From: an uncultured Chitinophagaceae bacterium
GTDB taxonomy: Bacteria; Bacteroidota; Bacteroidia; Chitinophagales; CAIOSU01
Assembly: GCA_964352775.1 (NCBI GenBank)
Contig: CAYGTK010000001.1
Span: 14,240 to 78,239, forward strand
DNA length: 64,000 bases
Direction of reading: 5' to 3'
Part shown: positions 20,053-30,600 of the stretch, piece by piece
Layout of the letters: each line of letters starts with the position of its first letter
Numbering within the stretch: the stretch's first letter is position 1
Made by a program: the position numbers and the translations under genes
The notes under the pieces: generated by a model
What the model was told of the DNA's origin: nothing
The model's input: only the letters and a program-made list of their open reading frames with translations
Database searches by the model: none

Positions 20053-20757
20053 TCATTTCTTGCGTAAAGTGTATTTCACACCAAACTCTCCACCAGCTCT
20101 ACCGTTCCAAGTAGTGGTTCTATCTTTCATTCCTCCTAAGGCATCTTCTGTAAAGTCATTATTGTATATGTCAGTAAACGTTCCACCAGCAGTAATACCA
20201 ACAAATATCTGGATGATCTTTGCAATATTGATGGTCATTCCTCCACCCATACTAGCTCCAACTACTCCAGTAGAAAAATTATCCTTGTAAGTATCTTGCG
20301 CGTCTTCATTGTCAGATAGACGATCATCGTTCAAGTTGTTCGAAATATCAACACCAGTTAAAATATGGAAGTCAAGTCCAAAGTAAAAATATCCTTCTAC
20401 AGTATTCTCACCAGAACCAGTTACGGTAATATGAAGTGGAATAGTAAGGTAATTGTTATGAAACTTTGTTACAAAACGGTCGCCTAACACAGTTCCATTA
20501 TCTGTACCAGTAGATAAAAAGCTCGAGCCAATACCTGTGATAACACCTACATTCTGCTTAAAGTTATATTGGAATAATGCCATGAAAGCACCTCCAATAC
20601 GTGGTACATAATCATAGTTAGGGTTGTCAGAGTCTTGCTGGTTCACAAAGATAGATCCAAATGCTTGCCCTTTAAGTCCAAAATGGAATCCCTTTTGAGC
20701 AAATGTACTTGTGCCCAAAAACATGATCAAGGCAACCAGTGTAAATAATCTTTTCAT
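20053..20757 (-). CDS. outer-membrane beta-barrel (porin-family) protein
   Basis: Signal peptide, Gly/aromatic-rich alternating strands, and a terminal beta-strand ...GVKYTLRKK. Confidence 0.6.
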   Translation of the reverse strand: MKRLFTLVALIMFLGTSTFAQKGFHFGLKGQAFGSIFVNQQDSDNPNYDYVPRIGGAFMALFQYNFKQNVGVITGIGSSFLSTGTDNGTVLGDRFVTKFHNNYLTIPLHITVTGSGENTVEGYFYFGLDFHILTGVDISNNLNDDRLSDNEDAQDTYKDNFSTGVVGASMGGGMTINIAKIIQIFVGITAGGTFTDIYNNDFTEDALGGMKDRTTTWNGRAGGEFGVKYTLRKK

Positions 20758-20782
20758 TTCAGTCGTTTTGTTTGGTGAGTGA

Positions 20783-20790
20783 CAAAGTTA
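20783..20790 (-). promoter_or_regulatory. -7 promoter box (TAACTTTG on minus strand)
   Basis: CAAAGTTA on the plus strand, 25 nt upstream of minus ATG 20757. Confidence 0.4.
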
Positions 20791-20890
20791 AGAAAATTCA
20801 GCATATGTAACTCACTTGTAGACGAATGTTGAGTTCTAAACACTACATAAGCTAAAAAACACCCTTAACTTGCACTTAAGAGTTCGAATA

Positions 20891-22648
20891 ATGCGCCTAT
20901 TTTTTATCGTAATGATCCTTTCCTCTACTATGCTTTCCGCCACTGCAGGTGTGGTAAAAAAGGCCAGTCAGTTAATATATGCTGGCAACTATCAAGAAGC
21001 CAACCTCCTGTTAGAAAAGGGCTTTGTGAAGGATACTAATGATTTCGCCTTGTATTACTTGAAAGCTTTAAGTTTTTATCGGAAGGATAACCCAAATGCG
21101 TCTTTAGAAAAGGCCTTTCAGTTCAACTCTACCGCTGTCCGTTTATTAGACCACACAATTGATGAAAAACTCCTAGCAAAATACGCAACGCTAGACATTA
21201 GAGAATATACCATTAACGATCTTCAGCAAAGGATATATAGAGACGCTTTTGAACAGGTAGACAGTGTGAATGCCATCCAGAATTGGGAGCATTATATGGC
21301 TTTTTACAAAGGCTCTCCCTACTTGATGCAGGCGGTAAGAAGCCGGAACGCTTTAGCTTATAATGCCGCTAAAGGGAAATTCACCTACCAGAGTTTTAAG
21401 GAATTTATGGAGATGTACCCCAATGCTAGTCAAACGGCCGAAGCTGAACAGCTGTATGAAAGCTTGCTTTATAGAGAAAAGACCAAGGATGGTAGTGCTA
21501 CTTCTTATATGGATTTCATTAAGGCGTATCCAAAAAGTCCCTATGTAGCGGAAGCAACCAAGCTTTACGAAACACAGATCTATAAAGAATATACCGCCGA
21601 TGACCAACCCATTAGCTATATAAACTTTGTAAAAGATCACCCTAAGAATCCTTATCGAGTTTTTGCAGAAGATAGCATATATAGCAAGTTAACCGTTGAC
21701 AATACTATTGACGACCTGGATTATTTTGTTAGAAAATTTTCAGGCAATAGAAATGTAAAGCTGGCTTGGAAACGTTTGTACGAATTATACAATGTTACTA
21801 GAAATGCCGAGCAATTATTAGCCTTCAGCAAGGAATACCCGGGCTTTCCATACCGCGAACAACTTAAGAAAGACCTTGATCTAGCATCGCTAAAGCTAGA
21901 GGTGTTCGAAGTAAATGGTTTTTACGGTGCCATGGACGAAGTTACTGGAGACACTATCATTCAGCCTGCTTATCGAGAGCTGTATCCATTCACCGAAGGA
22001 TTGGCAGCCTTTAGCCCAGGAGAGTGTTCAGGTACATGTTTATACGGATTCTTAGACAAAAAAGGACGAGAAGTAATAGCGCCTATTTATAGCGAAGTAG
22101 TAAGTTTTGAAGACGGTTTAGCAGCAGTAAGCTCGAGCGAATGTTTAAATGATGATTGCCGTTGGGGTTATATTGATAGAAATGGAGAAATAATTGCCGA
22201 TCTGGTCTATTTAGAAGTATCAGAATACCGCTCGGCATTAGCACTTGTAGAGTGCCAGAATGAAAAGTATGGCTTTATTGATCGTAATGGTCAGCAAGCC
22301 ATACCATGTTCCTTTGTTGATGCTGGGAATTTTCAAGAAGGTTATGCACCGATAAGTGATAGCACGGGAAAATGGGGCTTCATTGATGGTAAAGGACAAA
22401 TAGTTTTACCAATGCAGTTCACCAATGCTAGGGAGTTTGCCTTAGGCTTTGCACCAGTGGCAGATACATCTGGTAAATGGGGATTTATAAATACAGAAGG
22501 CATCTGGCATATCAAACCGCAATTTGCTTACGCCAATTCGTTTATGTCAGACAGTACAGCATCGGTACTAATAGAAGGTCTAAAAGGTGTTTTAGCTATA
22601 AAACGAGAAGCTAAGATCGATCTTAAAGGGAATATCTTAGAACCTTAG
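20891..22648 (+). CDS. WG (KWG) repeat-containing protein with N-terminal TPR/YfiO-like repeats
   Basis: Signal peptide from ATG 20891. Repeated YPKSPY/HPKNPY helices are followed by multiple WGFID/YGFIDRNG/WGYIDRNG units. Confidence 0.7.
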   Translation: MRLFFIVMILSSTMLSATAGVVKKASQLIYAGNYQEANLLLEKGFVKDTNDFALYYLKALSFYRKDNPNASLEKAFQFNSTAVRLLDHTIDEKLLAKYATLDIREYTINDLQQRIYRDAFEQVDSVNAIQNWEHYMAFYKGSPYLMQAVRSRNALAYNAAKGKFTYQSFKEFMEMYPNASQTAEAEQLYESLLYREKTKDGSATSYMDFIKAYPKSPYVAEATKLYETQIYKEYTADDQPISYINFVKDHPKNPYRVFAEDSIYSKLTVDNTIDDLDYFVRKFSGNRNVKLAWKRLYELYNVTRNAEQLLAFSKEYPGFPYREQLKKDLDLASLKLEVFEVNGFYGAMDEVTGDTIIQPAYRELYPFTEGLAAFSPGECSGTCLYGFLDKKGREVIAPIYSEVVSFEDGLAAVSSSECLNDDCRWGYIDRNGEIIADLVYLEVSEYRSALALVECQNEKYGFIDRNGQQAIPCSFVDAGNFQEGYAPISDSTGKWGFIDGKGQIVLPMQFTNAREFALGFAPVADTSGKWGFINTEGIWHIKPQFAYANSFMSDSTASVLIEGLKGVLAIKREAKIDLKGNILEP

Positions 22649-22660
22649 AACTAGCTGGCT

Positions 22661-22668
22661 TACATTTG
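22661..22668 (+). promoter_or_regulatory. -7 promoter box TACATTTG
   Basis: Exact match 25 nt upstream of ATG 22694. Confidence 0.4.
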
Positions 22669-22693
22669 TGTTATAGAGCAAAACGTGCAGATA

Positions 22694-23257
22694 ATGAATA
22701 TCGAAATATATACAGAGTATACCCCCAATCCTGAATCACTCAAATTCGTAGCTAACAAAATGCTACTTCCTGAGAATAGTGCAGACTTAGCTAGTAAAGA
22801 AGAGGCTGGTAGTTCACCATTGGCAATGGCTTTGTTTGAGAAGCCTTATGTTCAACGAGTATTTATCGCCAATAACTTTGTAACCATTACAAAAGCTAGT
22901 GATATAGAGTGGATAGAGATAATGCAAGAGCTAAAAGAGTTCTTGAAAGAATACATCTCGTCCGACAAGGTCATCATTAACATGGAGCAATTGCAGGAAG
23001 AACGCGTTGCCCTGCACGATGGTGATGAAATAGCTACCAAGATCATCGGTTTGCTCGATCAATATGTAAAACCAGCTGTAGAAATGGATGGCGGAGCTAT
23101 TCAATTCAAATCCTTCGATGAGGGTATAGTTACACTAACATTGCAAGGTTCTTGCAGCGGCTGTCCATCGTCTACCATTACATTAAAGAACGGTATTGAA
23201 GGCTTACTGACCCGTATGGTTCCTGAGGTAAAAGAAGTGGTTGCTGAAATGGAGTAG
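22694..23257 (+). CDS. NifU/Nfu family Fe-S cluster assembly protein
   Basis: Nfu_N-like N-terminal domain plus a NifU C-terminal domain with GSCSGCPSS (CxxC). Confidence 0.8.
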   Translation: MNIEIYTEYTPNPESLKFVANKMLLPENSADLASKEEAGSSPLAMALFEKPYVQRVFIANNFVTITKASDIEWIEIMQELKEFLKEYISSDKVIINMEQLQEERVALHDGDEIATKIIGLLDQYVKPAVEMDGGAIQFKSFDEGIVTLTLQGSCSGCPSSTITLKNGIEGLLTRMVPEVKEVVAEME

Positions 23258-23264
23258 CCTAGTG

Positions 23265-24311
23265 CTAGTTATGCTTGTTGGCTAATTGACCGCAAGCCGC
23301 ATCAATATCTTTACCACGGCTACGGCGAACATTGGCTGTTACACGGTGACTTTCTAAGTAATCTACAAAACGCTGCCTTTCGTCCGATTTGGTTTTCATG
23401 AAGTCGGCATTGCTGATAGCATTGTATTCAATAAGGTTAACCTTAGCTGGAACTCGTCTACATAGGTCCACTAGCTCTTTAGCGTCTTCCATAGAATCGT
23501 TTACTCCGCGCAGTAAAATGTATTCGAAAGTGATCTTGTTTCCTGTATTATCGTGAAAGTAGTTCAGCGCATCTATCAATCCCTCTAGCGTATTCGACTC
23601 GTTGATAGGCATTATAGTATTCCGCTTCTTATCATTAGCTGCGTGTAGTGATAGTGCTAAATTAAAGCGCACCTTATCGTCCGCCAGCTTCTTTATCATC
23701 TTGATAATTCCCGCCGTGGAAACTGTTATTCGTTTTGGCGACATGCCCAAGCCCTCAGGCGAAGTAATGCGGTCAATACTATCCAGCATGTTCTTATAGT
23801 TGAGCAATGGTTCGCCCATACCCATGTATACTATGTTAGAAAGAGGTTTGCCGTAATTTTCTTCTGCCTGCTTGTTAAGTGCTACTACTTGATCGTATAT
23901 CTCCCCAGCTTCTAGGTTTCGCTTGCGGTCCATATAACCCGTTGCACAAAATTTGCAAGCCAAGCTGCAACCTACTTGCGATGATACACAAGCCGTATAT
24001 CTACTATCTGTAGGTATTAATACCCCTTCTATTATTTCTCCGTCAAACAATTTGAATCCACACTTTACCGTGCCGTCTTCGCTGTTCTGCGCTTCTGCAG
24101 TAGTTAGGCTATTAATAGCATAATTCTCTTCTAACGAGGAGCGTAAACCCAATGGCAGGTTACTCATCTCTTCAAAAGTAGTAGCAGCCTTTTGCCAAAG
24201 CCATTGCCATATTTGTTTTGCCCTAAAGCTGGGCTGTCCTAACTCAGTAAGCGAAGCAGTTAGCTGCTCTAGGTTTAGTTTTCTAATATCCTGTTTAGTG
24301 CTTATAGCCAT
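23265..24311 (-). CDS. rlmN: 23S rRNA/tRNA adenine-C2 methyltransferase RlmN (radical SAM)
   Basis: CSLACKFCATG radical-SAM cluster motif, GMGEPL, and the C-terminal catalytic Cys context DIDAACGQL. Confidence 0.92.
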   Translation of the reverse strand: MAISTKQDIRKLNLEQLTASLTELGQPSFRAKQIWQWLWQKAATTFEEMSNLPLGLRSSLEENYAINSLTTAEAQNSEDGTVKCGFKLFDGEIIEGVLIPTDSRYTACVSSQVGCSLACKFCATGYMDRKRNLEAGEIYDQVVALNKQAEENYGKPLSNIVYMGMGEPLLNYKNMLDSIDRITSPEGLGMSPKRITVSTAGIIKMIKKLADDKVRFNLALSLHAANDKKRNTIMPINESNTLEGLIDALNYFHDNTGNKITFEYILLRGVNDSMEDAKELVDLCRRVPAKVNLIEYNAISNADFMKTKSDERQRFVDYLESHRVTANVRRSRGKDIDAACGQLANKHN

Positions 24312-24317
24312 AAGCTA

Positions 24318-24325
24318 CAAAGGTA
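24318..24325 (-). promoter_or_regulatory. -7 promoter box (TACCTTTG on minus strand) for rlmN
   Basis: CAAAGGTA on the plus strand, 6 nt upstream of minus ATG 24311. Confidence 0.4.
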
Positions 24326-24388
24326 ACGATTAAGCTAATGTAAAGCCAGATGCGAACATTTGTCGATGGAAAGGAAACATTTGTGAGC

Positions 24389-24402
24389 AATAACGCGTTA
24401 TT
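24389..24402. promoter_or_regulatory. 14-bp perfect palindrome AATAACGCGTTATT, candidate TetR operator
   Basis: Perfect dyad, 76 nt upstream of the tetR-family ATG 24478 in the divergent rlmN/tetR region. Confidence 0.3.
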
Positions 24403-24459
24403 ACCAGAAATTTAACGGAAACTTTCAGGGTTTATATAGTTTCCAAAGTTTATTATCGA

Positions 24460-24467
24460 TAATTTTG
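24460..24467 (+). promoter_or_regulatory. -7 promoter box TAATTTTG for the efflux operon
   Basis: Exact match 10 nt upstream of ATG 24478. Confidence 0.4.
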
Positions 24468-24477
24468 CCCTCCAATT

Positions 24478-25086
24478 ATGGACACCATTAAAAATATATT
24501 CAGCAAGGCCGAAGAGCTTTTTCTACGTTACGGCGTGAAAAGCGTGAGCATGGATGATCTTGCGAATGCCCTGGGTGTCTCCAAAAAAACTATCTACCAA
24601 TACGTTGCCAATAAGCAAGACTTGGTGATACGCGCCATCCAGCAGCACATTGAAGATGAGAAGGAAGCCATAGGTAAAATACAAGCAGAGAATGATAGCG
24701 CTATAGAAGAGATATACAATATTGGAAGACATGTTGTAAATCACCTTAAAAGCCTTAACCCTTCTTTGCTCTACGATATGCAGAAGTATTACCCAAATGC
24801 ATGGACGCAGATAGAAGACTACAAACACGCTTTTATTTACGAAACCATAATGACCAACATAAAAGCTGGTATGAGCCAAGGCTTATACCGTGGTGATATT
24901 GACCCCGACCTAATGGCCCGCTTTTACATTGCTGGAACCGATATGATGACCAGTATGGGTCAAGATAGGCAGCGCGATGTCAATTTCACCCTTGCCGAAG
25001 TGTATTCGGAGTATCTGAAATTCTATGTCAGAGGAATAGCTTCTGATAGAGGATTAGAAGTATTGAATCAACTTAAAACCACATAA
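24478..25086 (+). CDS. TetR/AcrR family transcriptional regulator
   Basis: N-terminal HTH (GVKSVSMDDLANALGVSKKTIYQYV) and about 200 aa in length. Confidence 0.85.
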   Translation: MDTIKNIFSKAEELFLRYGVKSVSMDDLANALGVSKKTIYQYVANKQDLVIRAIQQHIEDEKEAIGKIQAENDSAIEEIYNIGRHVVNHLKSLNPSLLYDMQKYYPNAWTQIEDYKHAFIYETIMTNIKAGMSQGLYRGDIDPDLMARFYIAGTDMMTSMGQDRQRDVNFTLAEVYSEYLKFYVRGIASDRGLEVLNQLKTT

Positions 25087-26411
25087 TGAGAAACGCTATA
25101 GCCATAGTCTTATTCTCGCTGCTGCATATAGCCCCTGCTATGGCACAAACGAGTATGAGCTTATCTCTGGAAGAGGCACAAGCCTTTGCCTTAGAGAATA
25201 GCTTCTTAATGAAGAATGCCAATTTAGACTTTAAGGAGCGTCGCTGGCAAACCGTAGAGGTACTTACCGAGGGACTGCCAAATATCTATACACAGACTTC
25301 GTACCGAAATAATTTCAACATTGCTGAGTCTATTATTCCTGGCGATTTTGTTGGTCAACCAGGTCAAGATGTAGAGGTGCAGTTTGGGGTAAAGCACAAT
25401 ATAGCTGTAGACTTTGCCTTAGAGCAACTTATAGTAGATGGCCGCTATTTTATCGGTTTGAAGGCCAATAAAGCCATCTTAAGTGTAGCCCAAGGGCAAA
25501 TAGATCTTACAGCTATACAACTGAAGGAAGTAGTTGCCACTACCTATTACTCTGTACTGGTAGCTCGTGAGAACAAGGCATTGGTAGATACCAATATTGC
25601 CACACTTAAAAAGATACTTTATGAAACTACAGAGCTATACAACAGTGGTTTTGCTGAAGAACTAGATGTAGATAGACTACAATTAAATCTCTCCAGCCTA
25701 GAGTCGCGCAAACGTTCGGCAGATATGCAGTACGAGCTGAGTTTGAATGTAATGAAGTATCAGTTAGGCTTGACTTTGGACATTGAATTAGATCTTACTG
25801 ATAGTTTGAAAGCCCTGCTAGTAGTGCCTGAAACCATCGAAACAGGTGATTTCAATTATCAAGACCGATTAGAGTATCGCTTACTGGCAACTCAAACACG
25901 GTTAAGAGGATACGAGGCGGCCAGTATTAAGGCAGGTTATTATCCATCGCTCTATTTCAATGTGGGGTATGGTTTCAATAACCAACGCGGTACTTTCAGT
26001 GAACTGTGGAGCGAAAAATGGTTCCAGAGTGGTTACTATGGCCTGCAATTGAACGTACCCATATTCGATAGCTATAAGAAAGGTGCACAAGCTCAGCAGA
26101 TAAAAATGAAGCAGCTGCGCTTGCAGAATGATCTGGCCAACTTCCAAAATCAAGCTGAGCTTGAAGTAAGCCAAACCAGCACTAACTATTCCAATGCATT
26201 AGAGGAGTTCAAAAATCAAGAGAAGAACTTGGCCCTTGCCCAGAAGATATATAACAAGGTAAATATCATGTATCGTGAAGGAGTAGGATCAAGTCTGGAA
26301 TTAGCAGAAGCGGAGACTAGCTTGAATACAACACAGATAGACTACGTAAATGCTATCTACAATTTATTGACTAAGAAAGTAGAACTACAAAAAGCTCTTG
26401 GAGAGCTGTAA
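25086..26411 (+). CDS. TolC family outer-membrane efflux protein
   Basis: Signal peptide, a duplicated OEP coiled-coil/beta pattern, and its position in an efflux operon. Confidence 0.85.
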   Translation: MRNAIAIVLFSLLHIAPAMAQTSMSLSLEEAQAFALENSFLMKNANLDFKERRWQTVEVLTEGLPNIYTQTSYRNNFNIAESIIPGDFVGQPGQDVEVQFGVKHNIAVDFALEQLIVDGRYFIGLKANKAILSVAQGQIDLTAIQLKEVVATTYYSVLVARENKALVDTNIATLKKILYETTELYNSGFAEELDVDRLQLNLSSLESRKRSADMQYELSLNVMKYQLGLTLDIELDLTDSLKALLVVPETIETGDFNYQDRLEYRLLATQTRLRGYEAASIKAGYYPSLYFNVGYGFNNQRGTFSELWSEKWFQSGYYGLQLNVPIFDSYKKGAQAQQIKMKQLRLQNDLANFQNQAELEVSQTSTNYSNALEEFKNQEKNLALAQKIYNKVNIMYREGVGSSLELAEAETSLNTTQIDYVNAIYNLLTKKVELQKALGEL

Positions 26412-26424
26412 TAACCATTATACT

Positions 26425-27570
26425 ATGAAACAATTGCTAATTGCATTCATCGCTTCCCTTTTCCTACTGCTCGTAAGTTGCGGAGGAAATGACGATAGTT
26501 TGGAAGGAAAAAAGGCTCAGCTATCAAAGCTAAAAGCAGAAGCTGGAGAAATAGAATCTCAAATTCTACAATTAGAGAATGAGCTACAGAAGTTAGACCC
26601 TAGTTTAGCAGAAGGCCCTAAAGGTAAATTGATAAGCACCTTACCAATAGAGCAAGGTACATTTGCCCACTACTTTGAGGTACAGGGTAATGCCGAATCT
26701 CAAGAAAACATTAGCGTATCCACTGATATGGGGGGGCTTATTACCAAGGTTTATGTAACCGAAGGCCAAAAAGTAAGTGCAGGACAAACCCTAGTACAGT
26801 TAGATAATAGCGTACTACTCAATAACATCGAAGAACTAAAAACCTCTTTAGGTTTAGCAGAGATCGTTTTCCAAAAGCAAGAGAAGTTGTGGGACCAGAA
26901 TATTGGGTCGGAGATACAATTTCTACAGGCTAAGAATAATAAGGAAACACTTGAACGTAAGCTTCAAACCACCTACTCTCAATTAGAAAAGATGCAAGTT
27001 AAGGCACCTATAAGTGGTACTGTAGATGAGGTATTTGCCAAGCTTGGCGAAATGGCTTCTCCAGGAAGAGCGGTGGTAAGAGTGGTGAAACTAGGCGTTC
27101 TGAAAATTGAGGCTGCAGTACCTGAAAACTATATAGGCACCATCAATAAAGGCGATAAAGTAAATGTGAATTTCCCTGCAATAGGGCTTACTCGCGAAGG
27201 TACTGTTAAGGCTGTAGGGCAAGTGGTTAATACCATTAACAGAACTTTTACCGTCATCTTAAATATTGACAATAAGGACGAGGCTATTAAGCCAAACCTA
27301 CTGGCAGAAGTACTAGTTGAAGATTATACGGTAGAGAAAGCTGTAATAATACCTACTCGCCTTATCCAAACTACTCGTAATACCGACTATGTGTTCATCG
27401 TTGCTAAAAATGCTGAAGGCGAGGCTGTGGCCAAGAAGAAAGTGATACAAAAGGGAAAGTCTTACGAAGGCAAAACGGAGATTTTGGAAGGGCTTTTAGC
27501 CAGTGAGGTGATAATAGACGGTGGTTACCGCGATGTAACCGATGGAGACTTAGTAAGAATGGCTAAGTAA
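26425..27570 (+). CDS. efflux RND transporter periplasmic adaptor (MFP) subunit
   Basis: Lipobox LLLVSCGG from ATG 26425, a coiled-coil hairpin, and HlyD-like barrel segments (APISGTVDEV). Confidence 0.85.
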   Translation: MKQLLIAFIASLFLLLVSCGGNDDSLEGKKAQLSKLKAEAGEIESQILQLENELQKLDPSLAEGPKGKLISTLPIEQGTFAHYFEVQGNAESQENISVSTDMGGLITKVYVTEGQKVSAGQTLVQLDNSVLLNNIEELKTSLGLAEIVFQKQEKLWDQNIGSEIQFLQAKNNKETLERKLQTTYSQLEKMQVKAPISGTVDEVFAKLGEMASPGRAVVRVVKLGVLKIEAAVPENYIGTINKGDKVNVNFPAIGLTREGTVKAVGQVVNTINRTFTVILNIDNKDEAIKPNLLAEVLVEDYTVEKAVIIPTRLIQTTRNTDYVFIVAKNAEGEAVAKKKVIQKGKSYEGKTEILEGLLASEVIIDGGYRDVTDGDLVRMAK

Positions 27571-27600
27571 GCATTAGATAATTGGAGAGAGAGAACGACC

Positions 27601-30600
27601 ATGAACAAAGAGACTCAGAATAAAGAGAACATCACTAGAGAGTTCGGATTATCGACCATGTCGGTTGATAACCGTACCAGTGTGTTGGTGCTTATTTTCA
27701 TCATCATCATCTTGGGTGCTGGTGCATATGGCACTATGCCTAAGGAGAATTTCCCCGAAATAACAATACCTACCATTTACGTAGGTACGCCATACCCTGG
27801 TAACTCACCAGTAGATATTGAGAACTTGATCACCCGTCCGTTAGAGAAGGAGATCAAATCGATAACAGGGGTTAAAAAGTTAAAATCCACTTCTATTCAA
27901 GACTACTCCACCATTGTGGTAGAGTTCAACTTTGATGTAGATGTGCAAGAGGCCTTGCTTGATGTAAAAGATGCAGTAGATAAGGCGAATAGCGAACTTC
28001 CTAATGACCTAGATCAAGACCCCAAGGTGTTTGAGATGGATTTTAGCGAGATACCAGTAATGAACATCAACATTTCAGGAGACGACTTTTCTCCAGAAGA
28101 CTTGAAGTTCTACGCTGAGTATTTGGAAGAGGAGATAGAAGACCTGACCGAAATATCAGAAGTAGACCTAAAAGGGGCGAAAGATAAAGAGGTGAAAATT
28201 CATGTAGACCGCCATAAGATGGAAAGCATGCAGATATCTTTCGGAAATATAGAGGACGCGATAAACTACGAGAACAAGACCATTTCTGGTGGCGACATTC
28301 TTACCGACGAATTCCGTAGAAGTATTCGTGTAGTAGGAGAGTTCGTGAATGTGGACGAGATAAAGAACGTGATCGTTAAGAGTCGCGATGGTAATGCTGT
28401 TTTTCTAGGAGACATTGCCGATGTTAGCTTTGATTACGAAGAAGCGTCTAGTTATTCCCGAAGCAGTGGCTTTGATGTGGTAACGCTAAACATCAAAAAG
28501 AAATCAGGAGAGAACTTACTGAACGCTACTGATAAAATAAAAATAATTGTAGCTGATGCAATAGAGAAGAAGCTACCTAAGAACCTTAAAGTAGAAATAA
28601 CCAACGACACCTCACGGATGACCCGTATTCAAGTAGAGAACTTGGAGAACAGCATCTACTCTGGGGTTATATTGGTGGTGCTGGTATTGCTATTCTTTTT
28701 AGGGTTACGTAATGCCTTGTTCGTTGGTATAGCCATACCAATGTCTATGCTATTAGGCTTCGTGATATTAAATGCCATGGGCATCACCCTGAACATTATG
28801 GTGCTCTTCTCCTTAGTGCTAGCGCTGGGTATGTTGGTGGACAATGGAATTGTGGTGGTAGAGAACATCTACCGTCAAATGCAAGAGGGAAAGAACAGCA
28901 TTCAAGCAGCAAAAGAAGGTGTAGGTGAAGTTGCATGGCCTATTATTTCTTCAACTGCAACTACTTTGGCAGCCTTCTTCCCACTAATATTCTGGGATGA
29001 TATTATGGGGGAGTTCATGAAGTACTTACCTATCACACTCATAATAGTATTATCATCCTCCTTGTTCGTGGCGCTGGTAATGAATCCTGTGCTCACCTCC
29101 ATACTAATGAAGGTGCAAGAAACTAACATGGAAGAGACCCGAACGGCTAAGTCTAAAAAGCAGCGCCGTCGCTTCTTGTTGATCGCATTAGCGGCTATAG
29201 TTGTAGGCATGTTAGTACACACTTACAAGTGGGTAGCAGTTCCTGGAGATGATGACTTGACCATAATGGGTAACCTTATACTTTTTGTGGCCTTGCTTGG
29301 CTTGCTCAACGTATATGTACTTACCCCACTATCCATCCGCTTCCAGAATGTGTTCCTACCAAGGTTAGAAAACTTCTACTATAAGATCATAAATTTCGCA
29401 TTACATGGCTGGGGACCTACCATCTTTATGGTAAGTACGGTATTGATGATGATATTCTCGACCCTGTTCTATTTTGGAAGCGACCCTAAGGTGGTAACCT
29501 TTCCAGCAAACATCCCGAATTACGTTAACGTATTCGCTGAAATGCCTACAGGTACTGATATTGAGCGGACGAATGAGATAACTAAGGAAATAGAAGCCAA
29601 GGTATTTGCCTATGTAGATTCATTCCGAGAAATGGGGATGGTAGAATCGGTAGTGACTAATATTGGTGAAGGAACTTCCGACCCACAATCAGGACAAGTA
29701 CAGCAGGGTAAATCGCCTAACAAAGCAAAAGTTACAGCTGCATTTGTAGAGTTTCAGAACCGACCAGAGGATTACGGTAATACGACCTTCATGCTAGATG
29801 GTCTACGAAAAGTATTAAGCGATATACCTGGCGTTAAGATAACTGTAGATAAAGACCCCAATGGTCCACCAGTAGGCCCGCCAATTAGTGTGGAAGTAGC
29901 TGGGGAAGACTATGACAAGTTGATAGCCCTGAGCGAGAAGGTGAAGAAATACATTAACGATGCCGATATACCTGGTATTGAAGAGTTAAAGACCGATCTT
30001 GATATCGGTAAGCCTGAATTATTGGTAACAGTAAATAGAAAAGCAGCGCGTAGGTATGGATTAAGCACTGCACAAATAGCCTCTACCATTCGTACCGCCT
30101 TGTTCGGTAAAGAAGTGTCTAAGTATAAAGAGGGTGAGGATGATTATCCTATCATGCTTCGCTTGCAAGATAAGTACCGCTACAACTTAGAGAGCCTAAT
30201 GGGGCAGCGCATCACCTATCGGAATCAAGACAACGGTAAAATAGTACAGATACCAATTTCAGCAGTGGCTGATGTGGAATATACTTCTACCTACGGTGCG
30301 GTAAATCGTAAGGATTCAGAACGGGTGATCACTATCTATTCCAATGTGCTTGATGGGTATACGCCTGCTAAAATAATAGAGCAACTGGGCGAACTTTTTG
30401 CCACCTACGAACTACCTGATGGTTATGCTATTAGATATACTGGTGAAGTAGAAGAGCAACAAAAATCAATGGCCTTCTTGAGTAAGGCATTCATGATAGC
30501 TGTATTGCTCATTTTCTTGATCATCATTACGCAGTTCAACTCACTTACTGCACCTATCATCATCTTGTTATCAGTAGCCTTTAGTACTACTGGGGTATTC

